From the NCBI RefSeq assembly GCF_036971445.1, contig NC_091477.1, positions 81,220,001-81,284,000 of the forward strand: a stretch of 64,000 nucleotides of DNA, in the 5' to 3' direction. Both the position numbers and the translations under genes were made by a program. Shown one piece after another: positions 48,917 through 61,450 of the stretch. The stretch comes from Narcine bancroftii. Its lineage: Eukaryota. Every line of letters starts with the position of its first letter. Positions within the stretch are counted from its first letter, which is position 1. Under the pieces are notes generated by a model. That model saw only the letters and a list, made by a program, of their open reading frames with translations, was not told where the DNA came from and ran no database searches.

Positions 48917-50398
48917 TACCACCATCCTCTATAATCAAGATCAACAAGAAACTGTGTCGCTTTCCATTTCCTGAGTGCCACCTTTCAATAACTGCAGTCA
49001 AAGACAAAATTCTACAGTCATTCCAGTGCATGAGCACAGTCAATTAAAGCATTTGAAAACCAAGTCCTTGACATTACATCGATTTTAGTTAATTGAACAA
49101 TACCCTGCTCGTGTCTGTTTCAGACGGAAATCCTAGGCATCTCGGACCAGGTATTCCTTCTTTAGCAGGAGAGGCAAACAACCCCTACTTTAAAGTACTG
49201 ATCACACTCAACTAGCCCACCAAGTCAATCAGTTGCCTGAATTCGTACTCCTGAAACAAGAACTTTTTCTTCAACTTCCAGGAGGAATGAGCAATATCTA
49301 AAAAGTAATTATTGGTCTCAATTCAAAAAATGACATCTTCATTGAGCATGGGAATCCATTGCTCATAAATACTAAAAGAAGAGCAGAAACATCTGGAATT
49401 GAGCAAGTCCAGGCTAACAGAGATCTCATCCCATTCTTCTATAATCTGATGTGAGCATATAGAAATCATATACAAAGGATTGAAAAAATGAACCACGAAG
49501 ATATGTCACTCAACTTAGCCAAGCAGAGTGAAACACAAAAGTCTGTCGATGTTATGACTGTAGTAAAAGCACAAAGAAATGCTGGAGGAACTAAGGGCTT
49601 TGATCTGAAACTTCCTAAGGATGCTGCAAGACCAGCTGAGTTCCTCCAACATTTCTGTGTGTTCTGATCCAACAGTAGGGTCTGCAGACTCTTGGGCTAT
49701 TTAAGAACTTAAGGAAAAATTTTGTTCTGAACCACAAAGGAGTTCTGAAAAGACTTTCTGCCACCAAACCAACATTATTCCACTTTTCGTGAATCCAATA
49801 GGCTTCAACTAATAATTATATCACTTGTGACCTTGTTAAACAACTTGCTAACGATCCACATATACACTAAATGTTTTATCTTCAAACTTCCTCATTACCA
49901 AAGCTTCAATTCAGACAGATTCTTCTTTAACAAATCCAAGCGGACTGTCCTTGATCAACTGGTACCTCCCTAAATAGTGCTCTATGCCTCTCCTTATAAT
50001 GTTTGCAAATGTTTGCTCACAACCACTACAAACTAATTACCTGAATGATGAAGAGATCATTCATCTTGATAACCATGGTATCTCATCAACAATTTCAGTC
50101 TTTTGGCATCATGGTTGCTATAGATGACACTTTCCAGGTTCTAATATATCCTAATTTCAAAACGTGTTATCTTCAAGGAAACGTGGGCTACAATATTCTG
50201 AATTACTATCTTTTTAATCAACTAAACCAAACTTTGTAGATGCAGCTTTATGTGGCTTTAATTCATTGATAAAACAGATAAACATTTTGCAAAAGTTCAC
50301 ATTGAGATTTTCATAACAATGTACTGTATTTAAAACTATAACAATATTTAACTTTAGAGATATACAAGAAGAAATAAGACAAATTCAAAGAAAATTAC

Positions 50399-50436
50399 CT
50401 CATGCTCACATGAAGAATGAGATGCAAGCTCTTCGT
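50399..50436 (-). CDS. Candidate 38-nt host exon (xEELASHSSCEHE)
   Basis: Minus strand ctgtgcag|ACGAAGAGCTTGCATCTCATTCTTCATGTGAGCATGAG|gtaatt, open frame, in unique AT-rich DNA; weak polypyrimidine tract; gene not recognised. Confidence 0.35.
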
Positions 50437-51469
50437 CTGCACAGATATTATGACATATTACATCATAGTCACTATGGTAAACAATAGTCTTTCTTAAAGA
50501 GTCAAGTACAAAATTAACTAAGAATCAAAAACACAAGGTTTTAACCTTTACAGTTGTGGCCAAAGAGTAGAAAATTGTAATCAGAGACTTATTTCCATCT
50601 TTGTTTAATAAATTTCAGCGATGCCTAGCAATTTATCCACTTTGAAAAACTTAATACACCTTCTGTTTACCATTTTCAATATTTCATATTCCACTTCAAT
50701 AAAAGACCATGCCGATATTATTCCCATTTCATGAAGATTTAGGCAAGCATTTATTGAGAACACAAGATATAAGAGGTGGAATAAGTCATTTGGCTTTGAG
50801 CCTCCTGACAATCAAGATTACAGCTAATTTTTTTTTGCATGATTCCCATATCCCTCGATTCCTTTAACATCCAGAAATCTTTTTGATCTCTTTAAACATG
50901 ACCAAATCTCCAGAGCCCCTAGAGACGGAGAATGAAGGATTTTCATAATAATCCTAAATAGCTTGCTACACTTGGTTCTCAAACTGTGATCCCCAGTTGC
51001 AAAATCAGCAGCCGGCAGAAACCTGCTCCAAGCATTGAGCAAGTCCAGGCTAACAGAGATCTCATCCCATTCTTCTAAACTTAAGAGAACTTTGTCACGA
51101 TCTACTCAAGCCCTCTTCAAACAGCAGTTTGAAGATAGACTGATTTTTTCAATAGACTGATTTTCACAAAATCAGTCTATTGAAACTGTATTGTGCTTTC
51201 CTCTTATGGCAAGTGCATCCTTTCTTAACTAAGAAGCTCAATCTTGCACACATTTCAGGTGCAGTCTCTCCAAAGCCCTATATTATTGCAAGACATCTTC
51301 ACTCTAATGTTCTCATAATAAATACCAATACACCATTAGCCGAATGCTTGCAGCTGCTGCACACTGACCTTCAGTGATTTACAAACAAGAACATATTGGT
51401 TCCTTGGAACATCAAAATCATCCACACTTTTATTATTCGAAAAACTTACCAAAATGGAAATGCTTAATT

Positions 51470-51992
51470 TAACAACAACTTCGATTATCCAAAATGGTTG
51501 GGACTGGGCCTATTTCAGATAAATGATATTTTCCAATAATTGGTCATTTTTTTTTGTTTAAAAACCTAGTAGCAACAGCAAATAATTTGTAACAGTGTTC
51601 AAACAACAAACCAAAGAGGCTTTTTAACCATGATATAATGCTTAATTCCTCACCAAAAAAAACAATCTGAACAAAATAAGATAAATCCAACACCAAAAGC
51701 TTGAAATTCTACTCAGAGATTTTTCTAAAATTCTTTCAGCCAGTGATGTCAGTTCAGCTCTGAAAAAAAAAAAATTGGATAACTGAGGAGTTTGGATATC
51801 CTCATTTATCTAAATTTTTTCAGAGGTAAAATGACATCATTTTGGCTTAGAAATTTTTTGGATAAACAAGAATTTCTGATTTTTCTGAAATCCTTAATTA
51901 CCCCCAAAAAATTTCAGAGCTGAACAAACATCACTTTTGGGTTTAAAAATTTTTGGATAACTGAGGATTTTAAATAATTAGAGTTGTACTCT
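51470..51992. mobile_element. Tigger/pogo-like MITE
   Basis: ACAACTTCGATTATCC and AATAATTAGAGTTGTAC termini; internal TTTTGGATAACTGAGG subrepeats. Confidence 0.55.
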
Positions 51993-52049
51993 ACTATATC
52001 CTATCTATCATGTGGTCAAATTACTCACTTGTTCATATCCCTTGAAGCT

Positions 52050-53715
52050 TCTTTCTTCTTTTCCAATTTTTTATTGAAATTTAAATTCCACATTTAAAAA
52101 ATACACTATACTCAGATCATACTGTTTCATCCACAGTACCCCACATTCTTAATCAAACAAATTATGTTATAGTATCATAAAAAGAAAATCTAATCCCACT
52201 ACCAAACCGCAGCTATTAGGCAAAGAGAGAAAAAAATTCCCTGAAGTAGTATTAGCCAACACCTCTGCATTAATACCAAATCAAAGATTCAACAAGGGTC
52301 CCTACAGCGTTTGAAATTTTAAATTGAAATTGGATTGAGCATCGAATCTTCTCTAAATTTAAACATGACATAACATCATGTAACCATTAAGCATGAGTAG
52401 GTAGAGTAACGTCCTTCCATCTAAGCAACACTGCCCATCAAGCTAATAAAAGAAATAAAAGCTAATACATGCAAATCAAATGCAGTTAAAGTTATGCTTC
52501 TCTCTCCAACAATACCAAACAAAGCAGTTAAAGGTTTAGGCTTAAAATTTACTTTAAAAAGTACAGAAAAACTTGGAATTACTTCCTTCCAGTATTTCCC
52601 AAAACTTGGACATGTCCAAACATGTGAATTAGTGAAGCATCTCCATTGTTGCATCTACCACTAGGAGTTGATACATCCACATAAAAGCAAGATAATTTAA
52701 CTTCGGGCATGTGGGCTCTATGGACTACTTTAAATTGTAGCACATAAAGATGAGGCATTAACCAATTTAAAAATTACATTCCAAGTTTCTTCAGCAATTG
52801 ATTGAAAACTGTAGATCCTGTTCCCAGGCTTTAAAAAAATTTATCTAAAAGAGCCCCTCTTATTTCCAATAACGTGTCATAAATTTTAGCTATTGAACCA
52901 TTGTAAAAAAAAATGTTGCAAATTGAAAATTAGATCTATTAAATTCTTATCAAAGCTCTTAGGGAATGTATGTAATTGAGATTGCAAAAAAATCTAATCT
53001 GTAAATAACAGAAAAAATGAGTATTTGGTAAGCTATATTTAACTGACAGTTGTTCAAAAGAAGCAAGATTCCCTTCAATAAGTGAACCTTTAAAACATTT
53101 AATGCCTAATCTATACCATTCTTTAAAGCTATGTCAATCATGGAAGGTTTAAAGAAATAATTAGAAAAAATAGGACTAGAAAGATCCTCAAAGTATGCCC
53201 ACAGGTTGTCAGTTAATTTATTTACAGATAAGGTAAGTGACGATCCGAGAAGAGAAACAATAGAAAATTTTGTTACAGAATTCGATTCCAAAGAGACCCA
53301 CATTGGACAGTCCTGATGGTTAATATATGACCGAAACATAAGATTTTGTAGAATGACTGCCCAGTAATACAACCTAAAGTTTGTATTCTTTTTTAAATTT
53401 TTGACAGTGGACTTTATTTAGGCAATGGTGTTTGTTCTTCCATATGTAAGATAAGATTGAGTCAAGGGATTCAAAAAAAGACTTGGGAATAAAACAGGCA
53501 AGGCCTGAAAAAGGTATATAAATTTAGTTAATATTTTCATTTTAAGAGTTGATTCAACCAATCAATGATAAAGAAAGGGGCGACCAGTTTGAAAATGCCC
53601 CACTCACGTATTTTATTTATAGAAAAATTTCTAAATTTAATAAGTTTTAATAATTTTTAGTAATTGCTACACCCAAATAAGTAAATAGATTTCTTACAAT
53701 TTTAAAACGAAGTTT
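52050..53715 (-). mobile_element. L1 ORF2 3' portion, decayed
   Basis: FTYLGV, YYWAV, HVWTCPSFGKYW; T-rich tail near 52050-52075. Confidence 0.75.
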
Positions 53716-55084
53716 AGCAATGATTCTCCCTCCTGACAAATCATCCTCACTATGATTAATCAGCATTCTTGGAAATATGACAAATTGCCTCTCCTTAATC
53801 AAACTCCTCGGTGATGGCAAACTCTGGGTCTTAAATACTGAAGCCTGTGGTATCATTTATCACAGCCAACAGATCCAGGAAAGATCAGTTTATTCCCACT
53901 CTTCTTTCTACTCCGTTACTAACTTTAGATCCATGAGTATATTACTGTACCTGCAACTCTGGGTTTTCTAACTTTGAATTTCCTAAACATAAGACTTTTG
54001 AAACTGCAAATACACCACATCCACTAGGCTCCTCCTTAAAGTACTCCAAGTTACTCAAACATGATTTCTTCTCCATGCTCAATTCTATTATTCTTTCTTG
54101 CATCATTTGGCATTTTCCCAAAGATTTGAATTACTGGCAATATAGAAAATACAAGATTAAGGCTGTTATTTTTGGTCTCTAACTTGATGCACTACTTTTA
54201 AACCACCCTTGCCCTTTAAATATTCATGGAACACTCCTGGGTTTGCCTTGATTTTACTTCAAAATAATTTCATGAACCTTTTTTGTTTATCAAACTTCTT
54301 TTTTCAGTCAAATGTGACTTCTATCCTTTTCCAAGCTTTCTGCAAAACTCCAAGTATATGTTACAAGCTTCATTCAATTTTACTTATCCTACTCTTGACT
54401 TCCACAGGTGGCCTAGAATTGGGCACTCACACTTTTCATATATTAGGTACATATTTGCTTTCAACTTTCATAATCTCCTGAATGTGTGTCCCATTGATCT
54501 GAGATATGTATGCAAAATTGTTCCAAAAGATACAAATTCATTTGAGTCACTTTAACAACTGAAAAGTAAACATTTTACATCAAATAAGCATTTGATTAAC
54601 ATGTTTAGAATGTTTAATGATAAATCATTTTGTCAGTTGCTTTTCTCTGCCCCTTTTCTGATGTTCACTCCTTATTTTAGGGTAGTTCTAGGGGCTCCAG
54701 CGGAGCTTCTTAAAGCTCTGCAGAAAGGTATCATCTTCTCACACAAAGTGAATACAGACTAATTATCACAGCCTTTTTGCTCAAAGTCCACATTCAACTA
54801 GTGACTAGATTTACTGGATTATATTGGAATAAGCATTTTTGGCATCTCTTTTTCTTTCCTTCCTCTGGAACAGATTAACTATAGCAATGAAACACCCCAA
54901 ATGATATAGGCTAAATCAAAAAAGGTTTGGATAGTATCTGGGGAACCACAGAGAAACAAAAGCTGCAGATACTCATGTGTTGAGCAGACAAAAATTGTTG
55001 GAAAAACTCAACTGGTCAGAAAGCAAGCATCCATGGGTACAAATAGTCAATAAATTTTTCAGGTTGATCCCTTTATCAAGACTA

Positions 55085-55565
55085 AGTTAAAATAGGTAAA
55101 ATACCTGAGAAGAAGCTGGGATAGGGGCCCAGAGGTGATAATGGGATAGGTATCCCCATGAAAAGTGGATGGAGGAGATATAGCTGATTGTAGGATTATC
55201 TTGTTTGGTGGAAGTATCAGTGGATAATGTGTTGTATGTGGAGGAAAGTGAGGACCAGAGGGACTGTCTTTGTTCTGCCTGGAGGGAGGTGCAGCAAGAG
55301 CAGAATGATGAGAAATAAGAGATGCAGGAGTGGGCTTTAATCAATAACAATATGGGAGAATCCACTTTAAAAAAAAAGACATTTTGGCTGCCTGGGATTG
55401 AAGGACTTATCCTACGAACAAATGTGGTGGACATAGAGGAAATGTGAGAAACAGATGGCAACCTTACAAGAGACAGGATGGAAAGAGGTACAATCGAGGT
55501 AGCTATGAGAATCAGTGGGTTTGTAATATCTCTTTCCATAGATAGTTTGTCCCAGGATAGAGACA
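55085..55565 (-). mobile_element. Penelope-like element fragment
   Basis: Minus strand encodes YYKPTDSHSYLDCTSFHPVSCK (PLE RT C-terminal motif). Confidence 0.7.
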
Positions 55566-55749
55566 AAGGTCAAGGAAGGGGAGAGGAGTTTACATTTGCT
55601 TCTGTACTAACATTTTTTTTTAAATGGCCTCTCCATACTTCCACCACCCACCCCTCCCACCACTCCTGGTGGTTTCTCTCTCTTCAGTCCTATATTTAAA
55701 AAAACACATCTTTGGGCTCTTTTCCCAGTTTCTTTCATCTTATATACCA

Positions 55750-55866
55750 AAGCACCCGGAGGAAACCCATGCAGACACAGGGAGAACACAAACTCCTTAC
55801 AATGGCGGATTCAAATCCAGGTTGATGGCACTGCAATAGCATTGCACTAATTACTATGCCAACTGT
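55750..55866 (-). mobile_element. V-SINE-like 5' fragment
   Basis: Reverse complement contains GGATTTGAATCC and TGCATGGGTTTCCTCCGGGTGCT. Confidence 0.7.
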
Positions 55867-57165
55867 GATGAAGGGTTGAGATGTGAAATGTTAACTGACC
55901 ATTTCTACCCATGAGTGCTGCCTGAGCTGCTGAGTTCTTTCTACAATTCTTTGTTAACATCTTGGGAATGTTTTCTTTGAACATCTCATACCTCACTGAA
56001 AATCTGTAATATTTTTCCTTCAAACCATTATGAGCAAGTGATCTGCAATGGAAAATAAGTTGGGCAAGCACTCTGTGTAAAAAAAAAAATGCAACCATAA
56101 CTTTAGCACTTAAATTTACCAAAGTTAAAAGTCCACCTTTAAAAAATACACTGGAACTTTCAAAACTTGAGACTCGTTTATCCTCACTAAACAAATGTTT
56201 GGCCCAATCCCAATCTGCCCAAAATGAATATTCTGTTGATTTGCATAACCTGAAGACACTGGCCATTGGAAACAAACATTGGGCCATTCTCCCTTTTGCT
56301 CTATTGCAATCCTTCCATATTGCAATAGCTCAAGTAACAGAAATTCACTCTTATGGAATTTAAAATGACAACCAAATATTTGAGAAATGGGTTAGGGTTA
56401 GGCTGGCAGTGGGTCTGGCTGCCGTTACAGCAGTTCTTGCGATGCTACCATTTTTTAAAATCATGACAAATACAATTCTTACAATTCTGATTGGTTATAA
56501 ATACACAGGCTTAGTTATAATGGAATCTGCTGTAGATCCACTTATGCATTGCATCCAACAGCACATTCTTCTAATGTAAAGCGCAACTGCTCCAAAGCCT
56601 TACTACTCAGTCTTTGAAGGCATAAAAATAATAGCAAGAATTGCATGAGGAATGCAGAGAAAAAGGTGAAAAGCTTGAAGCAGTGAAACAAATAGGAATG
56701 ACTGGAGATATTAATTGGGTTTTCAGAGCTGATATTTAAGTCAAATTTACTGTATTTAAAGGTACATTAGTCAGTACTGGCAGACAAGAGTATGGGACAT
56801 CTGAGGTAATGCATTTTGATTCTGACACATGACAAAATTTATCAAAATGTTGCCCATTGTAAAATAGTATTTAGAGTGCAAACTAGAATGACTACTAATT
56901 CACTTCAACCATTACAGTACTGAGAATCAATTACACATTCAAGTAAGTGAAGAAACATTAATAATAGCAGTCCTTTGGGATTTGTTTTCTGTCTGGCTTC
57001 CATTGCTTTATATATCTGAAACAAAAATTGGCTGAATTATACTTCTGAGTATAGATACAATAGAGGTTTTATCATAGAGAAGTCGCCTTAATGCCCAACT
57101 CTTGATCTATCTACAAGGGGAATCAGAAAGGTGGATTGGGTGTTCATGCTGAAAGTGGATTGCTG

Positions 57166-57512
57166 AGACCTTTTATGTAGTGAGCCAGCTTACCAGTTCA
57201 AAAGGGGCAGAACATGAAGCAAAGCTGCGTCGCTCTTTGCCGTGGTATACAACACATGTGCCAAGAAGTTCGCAGATGGTCAATTAAAAAATTTGCGCGC
57301 TTCAGTTGCAGGCTGAGGACATCATTGTGACATCATCAGTCACCCCCCCCCCCTTGAGCCAGTTTCAGTTTATGCAGGAGGCGGTTCGACTTCACTGAGG
57401 AAACACAGAGCGGAATGGATCCGCCAATCCACCTTTTCCACGTTCATGCAAATAAGTGAAAAGTATAAAAGAGAAAGAAAAGCTGGCTTGAGGGTTCTGT
57501 ATAAAAGGGGCT
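57166..57512 (+). mobile_element. Short Harbinger-like family 2 relative
   Basis: Ends CTGTATAAAAGGGGCT; shares the ATTGTGACATCAT.AG block with 47300-47320. Confidence 0.5.
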
Positions 57513-59838
57513 AATGATTTTCATTTATGGAATAGACACAACACCAGTAATGCAAATTTTCTTGGATAGATCTGATATTCTTTGACAAGGTAGAGCTTAG
57601 CTCATTCCTTAACCACTGCAATCCTGTGGGAAAGATAATTATGCAATGCAATTAAGTAGTTTCAAGATTTAAACACTGCAGCTAAAATGCAGCAACAGTA
57701 CAAAAAGTGTGAATGAAAAAGTTTTTTGTTTGAGGGAAATGGACTTGTGCCATAGGGTACTTTGTCTGAAGAGGTGTCAAGATTGTAATATACAAAAGTG
57801 CTGGAGTTAAATGTTCTTTTGACCACACTCCTTCAAGAAGCTTGCTGTTTTCTAACACTTCTAACGTGCTAAGCAACTATTGGATGAAACAATGCCCTGG
57901 GGCTGATATAATTTGGCCATTTTTATTCAGCTCCTTGTGTCACCCTGTCAAATACTGCTTTGATCCAAGCAGCAACTTTCAAGATTCTAATGGAATTTGG
58001 CCCTTCCATTAATGTTTGGATATGAAAAACTAGTGAGTTGAGTAGCCCAGACATAATACACAAGCCAAACATCAACTAGCTGCTAAGTAGAGAACAAGTG
58101 TTACTTGACAGTGCAATTGACAACACTTTCCATCACATTAATGATTTAGTACAGACCAATATGGAGTTATCTGATCCAATCAGTCAGGATGTTGTTGGCA
58201 GCACATCCTTGGGAAATTTTTCAATTTGTCAGGAAAATGTTAATGCTGTAAAAATCTATTTGTACTGGAACAGTGTGGCTTATTCTAAAGCACATTTTCA
58301 GTACTACAGCCAGTACATTGTCTCGGCCCACTGCCTTTGTGGTATCCAGAGGAATAATCAGCATCTTCCTATAAAGTTGAGTGAATCAAATTGACTGAAG
58401 AGTGGTTTGGGATCCTCACAACAGTTTTGGTTCAAGACTCCAGTCTCACAAGCTGAGCTCCACCACTATGGAAGACAGCAATATACAATATTTCTGCTTA
58501 TCCTTCATTATTTAATCTAATACCATCATCAAATTGATATCCCAATGCTCAGCAATACCACAATCATTTGCTGTATGATTCATGTCTATTCTGCTGTGTT
58601 CCTTGACCTTGGTGTTTCTTCTAAAATGTGGTAATGTTTCAATTCTTTAGCTGAGGGAGGACACTCAGTGGTAATCAACATGGAAGGTCCTTGCCTGATT
58701 TGGCCTGAACTCATGGAGGATAGAATCAATATTAAGGTGCAGAACCACCCTCACTCCACTGTAAATTATCATACACAATCTCTAGAGAGCCTGTCCTTTT
58801 GCTGAGCAAGGAACAATCATGTTTGCTGATGAATTAGCTGAAGTTATCAATTGTCTTTGTATGACAAATAATTTATTGCTGCCCATTTAATTTGTGGGAC
58901 CAGACTGTACATCTCATTTAATTTTAAATAAATGCAATATGGACATGAGAGTCTGAAGTTTATCCCTGCAAAATCAGAACCCCGAATTTATGCTGAATAG
59001 CCTTTCTGGCACACAACACTCTGATAATCTAGAACCCTCAGGATTTTGCTGGAGCTAGACTAGTAGATATTACAGGTGAATGGATTATTATTTATACCCT
59101 CACACACACAATTCTCTTTCTACAATCTAAGACAGTAATGCAATAAGTATTCCATTGAACCAGACAGCATTAAAAGGAACACTGGGAAATTGGGGCCGAT
59201 TTAGTGAAGGAGCTTGGGAAACAAAAACTGGTGTGTCAGGTTGCAAAACATCAGGAATCCTTGAAGTTGGAGCAATTTCAAACAGTTAAGAGTCTTGATC
59301 TTAATTGTATTACTGATGATCTATTCTATTTCATTCATTTTATAAGATATGGCTGGCAAGACCATATTTAGAACATATTCGCCTCATTTCCATAAATGTG
59401 CCTGTGAGTCATATTTTTGAGGAAAAAGACACCTCCTTAGATTTTGATAGTCGCAAATAGATAGGTAGAGCGAAAAATGTAAATACATCACTGAAGGCAT
59501 AGTAACATATTACCAAATCAGCTAATAAATGCATTGGTGAGATAATAAAGGTCCTTGTAGGTGATAAAGATCCCTTGGACCACTTCCTGATAGTAGAGGT
59601 TGTGTATCTGAGAGCAGATAGTGAAGTAGATTCAAGGTGAGCACATACACCCTGCATCTACATTGTTCTCATGGTGGATGGGGTGCCAAACTAGGTTCTG
59701 GAGATTCAACGTGGAGAACATCTTCCATCATTGTTTTGAAGATTGCCAAATGTTAAATAGATTAAATTCAAAACATATTCAGCAACTTAAACACTGGCCA
59801 TCTGAAAGGCTCTGTGAATCAGCAACAAGAGATTATTT

Positions 59839-60094
59839 TGTGGCAGTGTGAGCAGTGGAAGAAATGTTGAGGGTCGTTAATGACTGTTTTTATTCAAATT
59901 CAGCACGTCCCTATAAGGGCAGCATGAGCTCAGTCACCTGGTGCATTGTCACATCATAATCACTGCCCAGGGTGCAGGCTGGAAGGGAGGCTGGAGTCAG
60001 AGAGAAACCTCTGATGACGCCATTTCCCCATGGCTGCCCTGCCACGTGGCAATACAAGCGGGGCCAGTTCACCATGAGGATGTGCGCCGCCACA
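59839..60094 (-). mobile_element. Solo LTR related to the CsRn1-like LTR
   Basis: TG...CA, perfect 4-bp TSD ATTT; reverse complement shares GCCCCGCTTGTA..AAATGGCG.CATCAGAGGTTTC with 21427-21722. Confidence 0.8.
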
Positions 60095-60163
60095 ATTTTA
60101 CAATTTCCAATCATCTTGGCCTGGAACATTCCTCACTCTATCATTATAATTAAAAGACTAGAT

Positions 60164-60545
60164 CAGTCATTCCCAAAGTGGGCGATGGAAAGATCCAAGG
60201 GTCCGGTGCAAACGTTTCTAGCAAATTCAGCCCGCAACTCTTCTCGTGCTCTCTCCGTCAGGTGGGGAGGGGGTGGGGGTGACGGCCGTGGATGGTGATT
60301 TCCCAGAGATGGGATACCTTGGGAGATGTGAATTTACCCTGCTAAATAAAATGATTTACTACAAGTTCTATTTGTGAAATATCTAATATTTGTTTATATT
60401 GTTAAATTAGTTGTTTTAAATTTGCAGTAGACCTAATACCAAGAAAGAGATGTTTGCTGTATGGGTGGTGGGGGGGGGGGGGGTCACTAGGGATATGGCC
60501 TGGGAGTCAAGGAGGCAGCAGCCAAACAATGTTTGGGAAACACTG
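60164..60545. mobile_element. hAT (Charlie-type) MITE
   Basis: TIRs CAGTCATTCCCAAA and TTTGGGAAACACTG; 8-bp TSD GACTAGAT/GACTACAT. Confidence 0.85.
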
Positions 60546-61450
60546 GACTACATCAACCCTTGTTCCATGGTGGATTGCAGGAGGGTACAGAGACCAACAC
60601 CAGACATCCTTAAAATGAGAATGTCAAAATAGCAGTCTCAAAGCAGGACTACATCATGCAAAAGCGGAAAAATTACATTTGAGAGAGCCAAGTTATCCTA
60701 CAACTAGCAGATCAAAGTTCTGCTGTCCTGCTCCATCTGATTATGAATGTTGATGGGCAACTAGAATCCACAGGTAACTGTGCTCTAAGTGTACATCCAT
60801 CGTCTTTGATGGCATGGCTCAGCACCCATGCTCCAAAGACAAAGAAATAGCATTTTATCTTTAAGCACCTTCAGCTCGAGTTGTTTGGACAATCCATCTC
60901 TGTTTCCTCCATTAATCCTCATCATCAAAAGCTAGATTAGAACTAATTCAATTCACTCCACAAGTGGAGTGCATTTGATGCAGAAAATCCAATGGAACAA
61001 GACAACAGGTCAGCTATAATACCGAACGCAAGCTCCAAAATTATATGGCCACCTAAAGCTGTCCCAGTATATTAAAACATCAACTTCCAGTTAACAATGT
61101 AAAAACTGCCAAACTACAAAAAAAGGGGAAAAAAATAAAGTAAAATAGAAGGTGCAGACAACTTAGCCTCTCATACCACATCTGTTGTCCATTAAGATCA
61201 TCATTTACCTCAGAATCAGTTTGATTATTGGTCAATTAGTACATCCTCGACCACAGAAGCCACAGGAAGTGATAGTGTTCACTCTCCAATAATGATCTTC
61301 AATGGCTTGTTTGGATTTCACCAAGTCTACTTCATCTTGTTGCAGCTTTGGTCAAAACATGGGCCAAGCTACTGAATTCTAAAAGCTACACAAGATTGAT
61401 GGTTCATCATCAAGGCAGCATTCACTGACTGTGATAAAAAGAAGCCCTTT

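Noticed and set aside
47601-49043. 480-aa ORF as a host RT gene or domesticated element
   Set aside because: 5'-truncated RTE; the first ~42 residues come from flanking DNA and there is no endonuclease domain
55847-56325. 146-aa and 66-aa minus-strand ORFs as exons
   Set aside because: No recognisable domain or convincing splice sites; the longer ORF runs into repeat-derived sequence
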